From positions 51,523,400 to 51,587,399 of the forward strand of contig NC_057728.1 in the NCBI RefSeq assembly GCF_004010195.1: a DNA stretch of 64,000 bases. Reading direction: 5' to 3'. The notes under the pieces were generated by a model, which saw only the letters and a program-made list of their open reading frames with translations, searched no databases and had not been told where the DNA came from. This document shows positions 36,715-49,502 of this stretch, piece by piece. Positions within the stretch are counted from its first letter, which is position 1. Every line of letters starts with the position of its first letter. This DNA comes from Chiloscyllium plagiosum (taxonomy: Eukaryota). Made by a program: the position numbers and the translations under genes.

Positions 36715-39700
36715 CCATAAGACATAGGAGTGGAAGTAAGGCCATTCGGCCCATTGAGTCCACTCTGCCATTTAATCATGGCCAATGGGCACTTACCCGC
36801 ACTTTTCCTGTATCCCTTAATTCCTTGCGATATCAAGAATTTATCAATCTCTGCCTTGAAGATATTTAACATCCCGGCCTCCAATGCACTCCATGGCAAT
36901 AAATTCCACAGGTTCACCACTCTCTGGCTGAAGAAATGTCTCCTCATTTACGTTCTAAATTGACCCCCTCTAATTTTAAGGCTGTGCCCATGGGTCCTAG
37001 TCTCCCCGCCTAACGGAAACAACTTCCCAGCATCCACCCTTTCTAAACCATGCATTATCTTGTAAGTTTCTATTAGATCTCCTCTCAACCTTCTAAACTC
37101 TAATGAATACAATCCTAGGATCCTCAGCCCTTCTGCGAATGTTAGGCCTATGATTCCAGGGATCAACCATGTGAATCTCCGCTGGACACATCCAGTGCCA
37201 GTATTCTAAGTGGGGCCTAACTAGAGCTTTATAAGTTCTCGGAAGCACATCGCTGCTTTTATATTCCAACCCCCATGACAACATTACATTCACTTTCTTA
37301 ATCACTGACGTAACCTGCAAGTCAACCTTTAGTGAATCCTGGACGAGCACTCCCAGATCCCTTGGTACTTTGGCTTTATGAATTTTCTGACTGTTTAGGA
37401 AATAGTCCATGCCTGTATTCTTTTTTCCAAAGTGCAAGACCTCGCATTTGCTCATGTTGAATTTCATCAGCCATTTCCTGGACCACTCTCCTAAACTGTT
37501 TGAATCTTTCTGCAGCCTCCCCACCCCGTCAGTACTACCTGCCCGTCCGCTTAACTTTGTATCATCAGCGAACTTCGCCAGAATGCCCCCAGTCCCTTCA
37601 TCCAGATCATTAATATATAAAGTGAACAGCGGTGGCCCCAACACTGAACCCTGCGGGACACCACTTATCACCAGCTGCCGTTCCAAAAAAGAACCTTTTA
37701 TCCCAACTCTCTGCCTTCTGTCAGACAGCCAATCTTCAAGCCATGCCAGGAGCTCACCTCGAACACCATGGGCATTCACCTTACTCAGCAGCCTCCCATG
37801 AGGCACCTTATCAAAGGCCTTGTGGAAATCTAGATAGATAACATCCATTGAGTTTCCCTGGTCTAACCTACTTGTTACCTCATCAAAGAATTCTAACACG
37901 ACCTCCCCATACTAAATTCATGCTGACTTGTTCTAATCCGACCCTGCACTTCCAAGAATTTAGAAATCTCATCCTTAACGATGGATTCTAGAATTTTACC
38001 AACAACTGAAGTTAGGCTAATCGGCCTATAATTTTCCATCTTTTGTCTTGATCCTTTCTTGAACAAGAGGGTTACAACAGCAATTTTCCAATCATCTGGA
38101 ACTTTCCCTGACTCCAGTGATTTTTGAAAGATTACAACCATCGCCTCCGCTATTTCTTCAGCCACCTCCCTCAGAACTCTAGGATGCAGCCCATTAGGGC
38201 CAAGAGATTTATCAATTTTTAGACCTTTTAGCTTTTCTAGCACTTTCTCTTTTGTAATGGCTACCATACACAACTCTGCCTCCGATTCTCCTTAATTGTT
38301 GGGATATTACTCATGTCTTCCACTGTGAAGACTGACACAAAGTACTTATTAAGTAGTTCAGCTATTTCCTTATCTCCCATCACTAGCCTCCCTGCATCAA
38401 ATTGGAGCAGCCCAATGTCTACTTTTGCCTCTCATTTGTTTCTTATGTATTGAAAGAAACTTTCTAATATTACTGGTGAGCCTACCGTCATATTTGATCC
38501 TCTCTTTCCTTATTTCTCTCTTTGTTATCCTCTCTTGGGTTTTGTAGCCTTCCCAATTTTCTGATTTCCCAGTGCTCTTGGCCACTTCATAGGCTCCCTC
38601 TTTTTCTTTGATACATTTCCTGACTTCCTTTGTTAGACATGGCTGTCTAACCTCCCCCCACCACCATCAGATAATCTGTCTTTTCTTTGGGGTGAACCTC
38701 TGTACTGTGTCCTCAATTACACACAGAAACTCCTGCCATTGTTGCTCTACTGTCTTCCCCACTCGACTCTGCTTCCAGTCGATTTTCACCAGTTCCTCTC
38801 TCATGGCCCTGTAATTACCTTTATTTAACTGTAACACCATTACATCTGATTTTGCCTTCTCTCTTTCAAACTGCAGACTGAACTATACCAATATTATGAT
38901 CGCTGCTTCCTAAGTGCTCCCTTACTTTAAAATCTTTTATAAAGTCTGGTTCGTTACATAGCACTAGGTCCAGAATAGCCTGCTCCCTTGTGGGCTCCAT
39001 CACAAGCTGTTCCAAAATGCCATCCTGTAAGCATTCCATGAATTCCCTTTCTTTGGATCCACTGGCAACATTATTCACCCAGTTCACCTGCATATTGAAG
39101 TCCTCCATGATCACTATGACCTTGCCTTTCTGACATGCCCTATCTATTTCCTGGAACATCTTGCACCCCTGGTACCGACCACTGTTAGGAGGTCTATACA
39201 TAACTCCCAGTATGGTTTATTTGCATTTATGGCTCCTAAACTCCACCCACACAGACTCGACATCCGCTGACCCTATGTCATTCAGTGCCATAGATTTAAT
39301 TTCATTCTTAACCCTCAAGGCAACCCGACCCCCTCTGCCCACCTCCCTGTCTTTTTGATAAGTTGTAAATCCTTGGATGTTTAACTGCCAGTCCTGAACC
39401 CCCCTGCAACCATGTCTCTGTGATGGCTACCACAACGTTACCCATCATTCATGATGATTTGTGCCTAATTCATCTACCTTGTTACGAATAATACGAGCAT
39501 TCAGGTAAAGTGCCTTAATGCTAACTTTTTAATTATTAGAGATATTGAAAATCATAAGATGTGCTGTTATCCTTCCTTTTTACTGCATTCCTAGTCTGCC
39601 TTGAGCTTAAACCCACCTGCACACAAGCTATCCTGCTGCTTATCTTTCCATTTAACTCCATAATCCGTGTCGCTTTTGCTTTCTCTTCCCCCCCGCCGAC

Positions 39701-40180
39701 TCAGAAGTTTAAAGTCCTAGTGACCACCCTATTTATCCTTTTTGCCAGAACATTGGTTCCAGACTGGTTCAGGTGGAGACCGTCCCAATGGTACAGATCC
39801 CACCAGTCCCAAAACTGATGCCAATCCCTTAGCCACGTGTTTACTGCCCTAACGTTCTTATCCCTCTGCCAATTGGCACGTGGCTCAGGGAGTAATCCAG
39901 AGATTATGACCCATGAGGACCTATACTTCAATTTCCTTCCTAGTACTTGAAAAACCCCAAACAGGTCCTCTACTCTAGCTTTGCCTATGTTATTCGTCCC
40001 AGTGTGGACCACAATGACTGGATCATTCCCCCTCCTGCTCCAATATCCTTTCAAGCCGGTCGGAGATGTTCCTGCACCTTGGCACCGGGCAGGCAACACA
40101 CCATGTGGGACTCCCGATCTGGCTTGCATAGGATACTATCTGTCCCCCTAATTATAGAATCCCCTATAACAACACTCGAG
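36715..40180 (-). mobile_element. Near-full-length decayed CR1 LINE (ORF1 esterase, ORF2 APE-RT)
   Basis: VVIGDSIIRGTD, HTGTNNIG, DGLHLN (ORF1); YRPPNS..MEDFN, NYRPISLTS, GVPQGSVLGP, AKFADDTKL (ORF2). Confidence 0.92.
37093..37899 (-). pseudogene. CR1 reverse transcriptase core (longest intact ORF segment, 268 aa)
   Basis: YLDFHKAFDKVPH, GVPQGSVLGP and FADD motifs. Confidence 0.9.
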
Positions 40181-40352
40181 AGTCCTTCTTGGCTAGAATT
40201 CCTGCTATTCCTGCTGCTGGAACAGAAATGGAGTGCTCCACCAGTCGAGGTAAGTATTTTTTGAAATGGATGATCTAGCTGTGGTCTCAGCTCCACTTTC
40301 CTGACTGCCCCAATAACTCTTGACTCCCTGTCTATCTATCTCAATGACTACC

Positions 40353-40480
40353 TTCTTGAGAAGAGAATTCTTCACTCTACCACCCTCAGAGAGGGACATC
40401 TCTCCTCCTGAGAAGAGAATTCTTCTTGAGAAGAGAATTCTTCACTCTACCACCCTCAGAGAGGGACATCTCTCCTCCTG
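40353..40480. repeat. Local tandem duplication of about 58 bp inside a CR1 remnant
   Basis: TTCTTGAGAAGAGAATTCTTCACTCTACCACCCTCAGAGAGGGACATCTCTCCTCCTG occurs twice. Confidence 0.9.
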
Positions 40481-40699
40481 TCTGTTGTAAAAGGGAGACC
40501 TCTTAATCTTAAGTAGCCCCTCGTTTTTAGTCTCTCCCACAAGAGAAAACATCCTCCATGCATCCATCTGATCCAGTGCCTGAGGTCTTAACCCTTGGAT
40601 TATACACCAGCTTCTGTACATCACTCTAGGAGCTTCCTGAAAACCTCTTTGACCAGACTTTTGGTCACCTGACCAGACACCTTCCTTTGTGGCATAGCA

Positions 40700-41160
40700 T
40701 CAATCACTAATAATCATATGGCCACCATGACAAGAATTCAGCTACAGATGTATTAGTTGAATATAAATTCCTCCAGTTGCCATGGTGAAATTTGAACCTG
40801 TAGTCCCTGGGCACTAAATTGGTCCTCTGACTTTCCTGCCAGTGATATTGCCACAGTTGAGAGAGGAAATGGTGTAGTGGTATTATCACTAGATTATTAA
40901 CCTAGAGACCCAGATAATGTTCTGAGGACCTGGGTTCAAATCTCAATAGAGTTAGGAGTCTAATGGTGACTGTGAAAACATTGTTTAGGCAAAACCCATT
41001 TGGCTCATTAATGCCCTTTTGGGAAGAAATCTGCCCTCCTTACTTGATATGACTTGACAGACAGCAACGTGGTTGACACTTAACTGTCCTCTGGGCAATT
41101 AGGAATGTGCTATATGTGTTTGTCTGGCTAGTGACAGCTACATCCCATGAATGAGTAAAA
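40700..41160. mobile_element. Head-to-head SINE-B fragments (about 40700-40855 minus; about 40862-41160 plus)
   Basis: Family match. Confidence 0.7.
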
Positions 41161-41874
41161 CGTGCCATGCAAATGCAAGCTTTTTTTGTATCCATTTTGT
41201 TCCTCTATGTTTGATGTACATTGGTGCATGCAACACTCTGATATTTAGTCAAATAAAGCCAAGATATTAACACTTTAATGAGTTTTTGGCACTGATTCCA
41301 GGATTGAACGCACAACAAACTTTCAATGTTATGTTGGCACGCCTGAGGGGATTTACTGTCGATTGGAATCCAGTAAGAGATCTGCTTTGCCTCCTTGGTT
41401 ATGGGGAGAGGGCCAGCCAATACTGAGCCAATTAGGCAGCTGAAACAGTGACAGGCCTTCCCCTAGGAGTGGAGGTGTGTGGTTAATGTCGAAAAGGCCT
41501 GGGGTAAATAATGGCACGAGAGTTTCATTTCATTTTCAACTTAGAGGGCTTTAACTGGCAATGGAATGGGATTTCAAATCATGGGTCTTAGTGGTTTAAA
41601 CAGGGTGAATGTGTGAACATGTCCTTGGTCTCCTGCACAGTAAAGTGTGCCCCAAACTGGAGAGGGCAGAGGATTCAGTCCTTGATGTGACAAACCCTTT
41701 TGGAGTTTCAGATAAAACATCACAGCAAGAAGATGAATCAAAATTTTGGAACCAGGCAAAAATCATGAGAGTCCCTCAAGCTTGCCTATGATTTGTGGGG
41801 TATTACTCAGAATGATTACTGCATCCTCAGCATTGATTTGCTCCTCTGTGCTAACTCTGTAAAATCACTCTATA

Positions 41875-42440
41875 AGGCTTGGCATTCCTTCAGAGAATAA
41901 TTCACCTTCTGAGACATCAAAGCCTGTCCACCATTGACAAGGCCCAAGTCAGGAATGTGATGGAATACTCCCTACTTGCCTGGATGACTACAGCTCCAAC
42001 AATACTCAAGAAACTCAACACCATCCAGGACCAAGCAGCCCAATTCAGCATTCACTGCCTCCACTACCAGTATTCAGTAGCAGCAGGGTATACCATCTAC
42101 AAGATGCACTGCAATAACTCACTAACTTTAGACAGCACCTTCCAAACCTGCAACCACTACCATTGAGAAGGGCAAGGGCAGCAAATTCATGAAAATACCA
42201 CCCAGTGCAAGTTTCCCTCCAGGCCACTCATCAGCCTGACTTGAAAATGTATGACCATTCCTTCACTTACACTGGGTCAAAATCATTGAGCTCCCTCCAT
42301 AATAGCACTGTCCCTACACCACTTTGGCAGTTTAAGAAGACAGCTCACCAACACCATCTTCCAAAGATCATTTAGGGAGGGCAACAAATGCTGGCTTAAC
42401 CTCATAATAATTCCCATATCCTGTAAATAAATGAAGAAAC
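41875..42440 (+). mobile_element. CR1-clade second family, 3' fragment
   Basis: QSLSTIDKAQVRNVMEYSLLAWM; homologous to 31480-32060. Confidence 0.82.
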
Positions 42441-43109
42441 GTGTTCAGTATTTGAGTTATTAATTCAAGCATTGCGATTGTCTGTGTATTATCCTAACGC
42501 TGGTGATGAATTAAGCTAGTTAAAGAGCAGCTATTTGAATTGATTGCTGGAGACACATCTGGTCATGTTGTTGAATGATGAAAGCCATTCAGGATAGTCT
42601 AAGATACACACCATTGGTCAGGGATTGAAATATTTGTTTTAATGAGGGTGTGGTTTGGTGAACAGTGAACTCTTACCCATGGATCAGCAAGTAAGAAACC
42701 CAAGCTGCACTGATAGCAGAGCACCTGATGCAGACCACAACTCCCCATGCAGCACTGAGGGAATGGGTCACTGTTGGGGATACCATTTCTCTGGAGACAT
42801 TGAACTGAGAGCTTTCCTGCAATGGATGCAAAATGATTTGTCCAATGTATGGGGTCTAACTCTACTCACGCTCCCATGTACTGCTTCCCGTATCATAAGT
42901 GCTGGCTGTAAGATCACTTTATTTACAGCTCAGTAGATGCACAGATTCTCTAAAGACTCTGATAGCAAGTCTGCTTCCTGCAAGGTCTCTCTATGTAATT
43001 ATGCAACACTTACATTAATTACTCATTATCGTCCATCGTTAGACATTCTGCAGATTTCACATTCTTCTCCCGAAAGGAACCCAAATGCAGGGGAAGGCCA
43101 GGGGAGTTC

Positions 43110-43448
43110 ACAGAATCATAAAATTCCTACAGTGTGGAAACAGGCTTGGGTCCATCGAGTCCAGACTGACCCTCTGAAAGCATCCTACTAGACACACCCC
43201 TCTACCCTGTCCCTGCCACCCTGCATTTACTATGGCTAATTCACCTAGCATACACATCCATGGATGCAATGGGCAATTTAGCGGGGCCATTCTGCCCAAC
43301 CGGAATATCTTTGGATTGTGGGAGCACTTGGAGGAAACCCACGCAGGCATGGGGAGAAGGTTTAAACTCCACACAGTCACCTCAGGGTGGAATCGAACCT
43401 GGATCTCTGGTGCTGTGAGGCGGCAGTGCTAACCACTGAGCCACAGTG
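43110..43448 (-). mobile_element. HE1-type V-SINE
   Basis: Family match. Confidence 0.85.
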
Positions 43449-43451
43449 ACA

Positions 43452-43625
43452 GTGGGTCTAGGGGCAATATTTAACCCTCATTCAACGTTGCCGAAAATAA
43501 TTCTATTTGGGCCATTAAAACATTGCTACTTGTGGGATCTTGCTGTGCGCAATATGGCCTGCTGGTTTTCCTACTTTGCAATAGTGACGGCAGCTTAAGG
43601 AACATTTCTCTGGGGTGTGCTGACA
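43452..43625 (+). mobile_element. Deu-domain SINE fragment
   Basis: TGTGGGATCTTGCTGTGCGCAATATGGCCTGCTGGTTTTCCTAC. Confidence 0.65.
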
Positions 43626-44764
43626 TAAACACAAGCAGCAACAAGGACAGTCAGAGAACCTGGCAATAGGAGGAGGGAGAGAAAGTTTTCAAAGTTACAG
43701 CACTGTGGAAAACACATGAATCATTTAATATTTGCAGCTCAGCTCAAAATACATAGATTGTAGAAAAGTACCATTTGCAGGGCAGCTCAGCAATGCATTC
43801 TTCCAGACTCGTTCTTCATGGCAAGAATTGACCAACATTGTTTGACTCGGGCAGCAGTTTCTTGCCTCCTTGGATAGATGGGCCTGCATTTGTATAGAGC
43901 CTTCCACAACCTCAGGAGGTCCATCAGCCCTTTTCAGGCTCTGAAGAATACCTGAAACGTTGGGATGAATCCTCTGCTCTTATTTTTCCATAGAACCCAA
44001 ACAGTGTGGAAGCATATCACTTCCCACAACACCCACCACCCCCAAGATGGGAAAAAGAGAGACCCAATGAGTGTAACCACACCCCCACCTTGCCCCATCC
44101 TCAACCGATCCTTACCCTTAAACACCTGCCTCCCTCTCATGCCAGCCTTACACTGTGAAACCCACTCCCCACATCACTTACCAAAGCTCCTCTGTAATCC
44201 TTGGACTCTGTGGGGGAAGGACAGGGAAGATATGTTTCTGTAGTCATGGCCTCCTCAGTGGCTTTGCCAAACATGACAGCTGCTGGCTTTTGATTGGCTG
44301 GTGGTCCATGTTATAGGTGGGACATTGGTCCAGAACATTTGCGACCACGATGGTGTCTGTGAGAGGGGGATGTGAGGGAAAATATTTTTCACCCAGAGGG
44401 TGGTGGGAAACTGGAACTCACTGCCTGTTTGGGTGGTACAGATGGAAATCCACATAACATTTTAGAAGTAATGAATGTTCTCTTGCAATGCCAAGGAGTA
44501 CAAGGCTATGTGCTAACTGAGGCCTGTATGACTCTAAGTTTACAGTGGGTCTTAGCATAAAAAAGGTAACACAGAGCTCTCACTGTCTCTCCAGTCTCCA
44601 ACAGGCGAAACCCCTGACAACCTCAACAAGATACCGACTGCAGTCATAAGATTAAATTGTTGAAAGTGCATTCAAGTATAAGGAATTACTTCATGACGAG
44701 TCATTTTTAAAATGGAGCCTTTTTTGACTACTGTGTGATTAATACCCAAAGTAAAATTGTGCAG

Positions 44765-45250
44765 AAACATAGAAACTAGGCCATTTGACCCTTTGAAACT
44801 GCTCCACCATTCAATTTGATCATGGTTGATCGTCCATCTCAATGCCATGTTCTCACCTTCTCTCCAAGCTCCTTGATATCTAAATATCTAAGATATTTTA
44901 ATATCTAAAAATGCATCAATCATTGTCTTGAATCAATTCACTGAGTGACCCGGCCTCCACAACCTTTCTATGTGAGACAATTCTACAAGTTAAATATCGC
45001 CTAATTGAGGAAAACGTTTTCTCATCTCAATCCTAGATGGCCTAGCCTTTATCCTGAGTCAGTGAGCCTTGGTCCGACCAGGGAAATATCCCACATGAAT
45101 CTAATCTGTGCAGCTTCCTGTTAGAATGTTATACATTTCAATCAGCTCCCCTCTCATCCTTCTAAACTCTAGTGAATATAGGCCCAGTCAAACCAATTGT
45201 TTCTCATAGGACAGTCCTGCCATCCCCTGTATTAGTCTAATGAACTATCT
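44765..45250 (-). mobile_element. Old CR1 3' fragment
   Basis: Antisense CR1 tail and RT C-terminal motifs. Confidence 0.65.
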
Positions 45251-46312
45251 CGAATACTCTGGGTACTGGGATTAGCGCTCTGTTTTCTTCACGTTGAATG
45301 TCTGCAGCTGATTCCCAGATTCAACATTAATTCATGATCATATCCTTTCATATTGCCAGACATTTCTCCATGGCTTTGCCATATTGTCATTGTCTTAGAG
45401 AGCAACAATGCTGAGGGAGAATGGGAAGCATTAATGCAGCAGGACCTGTCCAAGTCAGTGCAAATGCTCTTCAGTGTACAGAGGCGTTCACACCTGGAGT
45501 GGGATTGTGTGGAGACAAATTGCAGAATGATAGAGTGAGGCTGCAGCATCAGCTTGGCAGAGAGACAGTTTCTGATGCTCTGAAGGTCTGCTCCACATTG
45601 CCCAGAGGGAAAACTAGTCACACTGGAGAATGAGATCGACTGACCTGGCTCATCTTATATAGCTCAAAGTAGTGTTCCAGTATGTTCATTGCATATGTTA
45701 CAAACAGTGCCATTGTACAGCTTTCTCTCACCTAGACCATGTAGATCTCAGTACTACATTTGGAATGGTATCACTTTTACTGAGCTGTCACTGACCTTTT
45801 CTTACATCTTTGCTCAAGGTGACTTGGATATGACAACTCTGTTCCACATAGCCTCACGCTAACCCCCATTCAAACTTCCTTCGTTCCTATGATAACCCAC
45901 AGTCAGACCTCCCTTACTCCACACATTTCTTCAATATCCCCCACTCACGCCTGCCTCACTCTGTACATCACTGACTCCAAATGCAGCCCCTCCAGCTACG
46001 CCAATGGTGTGTGAGCTATTCCCTCAATTGTAGAGATGCTTGGCATGATTGTATAAAACAATGCTTCAGTTTTCAAACAAAATCACTACATTGACAACAT
46101 GCAACAGTGTCACTGCAGGAGAATGAATCAGTGAGCTTCTGTGATTTCTTTCACAAGTCAAGATTCATCAGTTATTCAGCAGGTGAAAACCAGAGATATT
46201 GATTGATATAGGCCAGTAATAATAAAACCTGGTTCAAGGTTATGTGTAATGGTAGGGAAACAAATATTTAAAGATCACTAGATACAGTTTAGCCCAACGC
46301 TACAGGCCACTG

Positions 46313-46640
46313 TCCCCTAATCAATAATCTTCTGTATATGTTGAACAACAACACTCATTCTTAAATCAGTATTCTTCACTTCCTAATCAATACTATATCT
46401 CATTCTTATTCAATAATATACCCCTTCCCTTAATCAATACTATTTCTTTTTCTAATTGGTAATTTTCCTCATTCCTAAATCAACAAACCTCATTCTCAAA
46501 TCAATAATATCCTTCGTTTCTTAATCAATATTATCACTTATTTCTTAGGCGTTACTCATCCTCATTCTTTAATCAACTGGTTCCCTAATTCACTCACCAA
46601 TACTATCCCTTGCTTGTTCCAAACAATATCCCCTTGAGCG
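46313..46640. repeat. Degenerate AT-rich tandem repeat, unit about 22 bp (TTCCTAATCAATAATATCCCTCA-like)
   Basis: TAATCAATA(A/C)TAT recurs at spacings of roughly 20-30 bp. Confidence 0.65.
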
Positions 46641-47259
46641 TTTAATAGGATCATCGCTGTTTTCACATTAACTTAACATTCTTAAATTACACAATATCCA
46701 CTAACCCATGGGGTAGAGAATTCCAAAGATACCCAACTGGCTGAGTAAAGAAATCTCTCCTCAATTTAATCTATAACGGGCGTTCCTATTCCTGAGACTC
46801 CGGCCCTTGTTCCAGAGTGTCTAACCTGTCATGACTCTCACAGAGAGTTTGCATGTTTTGATGAGATCACCATGGGTTCTTTTAAGTCCCAGAGATAAAG
46901 GCCCAACTTACTTACTCCCTCCTCAGAGATTGACTCTTTCTTTGTAGGATTCCGTTTGGTGAACTTATGTTTCATTCCTTCTCAGGTGGTTTCTTCTCAG
47001 ATGATGGTTTGCACTGAGATGGTCTCTGATGTGACCAATTGCTACAGAAGGAGACGTGGGCTGAGACGGTGCACACTTCACTGGCCTCCGTTTTCTGTGG
47101 GCTCTCTTCACAATGATGGGGTCAGGGTGAGTTCATAGCTTCTGCTCAACTCGTCAAACCACCCTCAAAAATAATTTGCCTCTGGAGGTGATGGCCACTA
47201 GCAATTATCTCTCAGCGGCCAGTGTCAATATCTGCAGGATAGGATAGGTGGGAGAAGAT

Positions 47260-47480
47260 ACTGAATAATTTCAGCTTTTCTTGCCTCTTGGCAGGACAAT
47301 GTCACCAACTCCGAGGTCCCAGAGTCTGTTCATTCTACACACTCATTGCCCAAGCTGATGATGCCAGTGTTGTTCATCAGATGAAAGATGGCTGTTTATC
47401 CAAAGGCCTTCTGAACTCTGAACTGATTCATGGCCTCCTGAACATCACAATTCCTCTACAGAGACACTCACAAGCAAAAC
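47260..47480 (+). mobile_element. RTE-clade LINE RT C-terminal fragment
   Basis: WQDNVTNSEV and VHQMKDGCLSKGLLNSEL resemble the RTE motifs WQDK..N.EVL and V.RM.D.RLPK.L.YGEL. Confidence 0.6.
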
Positions 47481-47753
47481 ATGAAGTTGGTGGACATTGC
47501 TCTCATTCTAATGCAAGTGCACCCTTTTTAAGACACAGATACTGAATCTGTGTAGATGTGCTCCATAGGCTTGTGCTATCACAGCAAGACTTCTTTATTC
47601 TTGTATACCACACTGCTCGCAATAATGGCCACCATACAATGTGCCTCCCAAGTTGCTTGCTGTACCTGTTGTAAGGTTTTGAGGTGAAGAATGTCTAAAT
47701 TCCTCTGAGTTCTACAGAAACTCATTACATCCAGTCCATCATCTATATTTCAG

Positions 47754-47948
47754 AAACAAAAACAGAAATTGCTGGAAAAGCTCAGCAGGTCTGATAGCAT
47801 CTGTGGAGAGAAATCAGAGTTATTGTTTCAGGTCACCTGAAAAATTAACTCTGATTTCTCTCCACATATGCTGCCAGACGTGCTGAGCTTTTCCAGCAAT
47901 TTCTATTTTCGTTTCTGATTTACAGCATCCACAGTTATTTCGGGTTTT
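47754..47948. mobile_element. Fold-back PLE mini-insertion (family B)
   Basis: Inverted arms of about 80 bp centred on TTTCAGGTCACCTGAAAA; imperfect TSD ATCTATATTTCAG/ATCTACATATCAG. Confidence 0.8.
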
Positions 47949-48682
47949 ATCTACATATCAGTTCCCTGCAAGAATCAACTAACACTGTTCTCAGTCTTTA
48001 CCCCATAAATCTACAAATAATTTCCTTTCATCTGCTTATCCAATTCCCTTTTGAATGTCATGATGGAACCTGCCTCCCTGATGCTGCATTCCAGATCTTA
48101 ACCATTCACTATGTAAAACCATATGTGTTGTTTTTGAGGGTTTTTTTTTGCCATTCACCTTATATTGTTGCTCTCTGGTACCTGACCTTCCCCTAATGGG
48201 AACAGTTTCTCTCTATGCCCTCATGCTATTGAGCACCTTAACCAAAACTCCTCTCAACCTGTTGGAGAATGGGACTAGCTGGGAGCCAATCCAGATACGA
48301 TGGGCCAAATGGCTTCTGTCTGTACTGTAAAATTCTTTTGATTCTATGATTTGACCTCCCTTCTCAAAGAGAAAACACAAGTTTCTGCAAAGATATACAT
48401 GAGTGTAGTTCCTCACCCCGGAACCATTCTACACCAATGTTTCTGCACCTTGTCAAAATTGGTCATATCTTGCTGGTGCCTAGAATTGGCCATAACGCAC
48501 CAACTGGGCTTCATCCAGACTTCAACCCAAGATGTAGCTGGAAGTGATTCCCTGATCTAACTAGTAGCCAGCAGCTGTAACATTGGTTTGGGGTTTCCCA
48601 GCTACAGGGAAGTGAGCCATCTCCTGACTTCTCAGTTGCGGTTGGGAACCCCCACCTCCAAGAAAAATTAGCGTTGGCTAAT

Positions 48683-48980
48683 GGCAAGTAATGTTCTGGG
48701 GGCCCTGGGTTTGAATCTTGCCACAACAGATGGTGGAATTTGAATTCAATGATAATCTCGAATTTAGTGTCTAATGATGATTGTGAATCCATTGTCCATT
48801 GCTTGGAAAAACCCATCTGATTGCTCTAGGGAAGGAAACTGCCATCCTCACCTGGTCTGGTTTACCCGTAACTCCAGACCCACAGCAATGTGGTTCACTC
48901 TTAACTACCCTCTGGGTATTTAGGGATGGCCATTAAATGTTGGCCCAGCCAGTGATGCCACCATCCCATGAAAAAAGAAT
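48683..48980 (+). mobile_element. SINE-B, 5'-truncated
   Basis: Family match. Confidence 0.8.
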
Positions 48981-49182
48981 ACAGGGTCAATATCCATGAC
49001 ACATATATATTTCCCTTTAGCACAAACCCAGCCAGTAATAACAGGCTGGAATCAAGTCAATTCCCAGTTCCTCTCTCTTGATGCAGTCGTAATAAAACAA
49101 ATGTCAACTCAATGAAAACAACAAATGCTGGAGATCACAGTGGGTCAGGTAACATCCATGGAGGAAAAGCAAGCTAACATTT

Positions 49183-49502
49183 AAAAAAAAATCCACCAAT
49201 TCGACTGGGACAACACATCTATCCTGGGACAGGCTAAGCAAAGACATGCCAGAGAATTCCTAGAGGCCTGGCACTCCAACCACAACGCCATAAACAAACA
49301 CATAGATCGAGATACCGTCTATCAACCCCTCAGGAAATGACATCACCACAAACCCCAGGAACCCCATCCAGGAGAAAGATATAAATAGAAATCAGGCGAC
49401 AACAGCTTCCCTTCACTTGAAGGTCGCCACTGATGATGTTACCGAGCCAGGTAATGAAACGTCTGGATATCAAACCTACAGCTCAGCGAGCAAAGCTACA
49501 CC
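49183..49502 (+). mobile_element. PLE 3' fragment (family D) nested in another PLE end; 9-bp TSD
   Basis: CTAACATTT at 49174-49182 and 49503-49511; encodes the end of the endonuclease ORF (HQFDWDNTSILGQAKQRHAREFLEAWHS). Confidence 0.85.
49427..49466 (+). ncRNA. Minimal hammerhead ribozyme motif (family D)
   Basis: CCA-CTGATGA-T-GTTACC GAGCCA GGTAAT-GAAAC-GTC-TGG. Confidence 0.7.
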
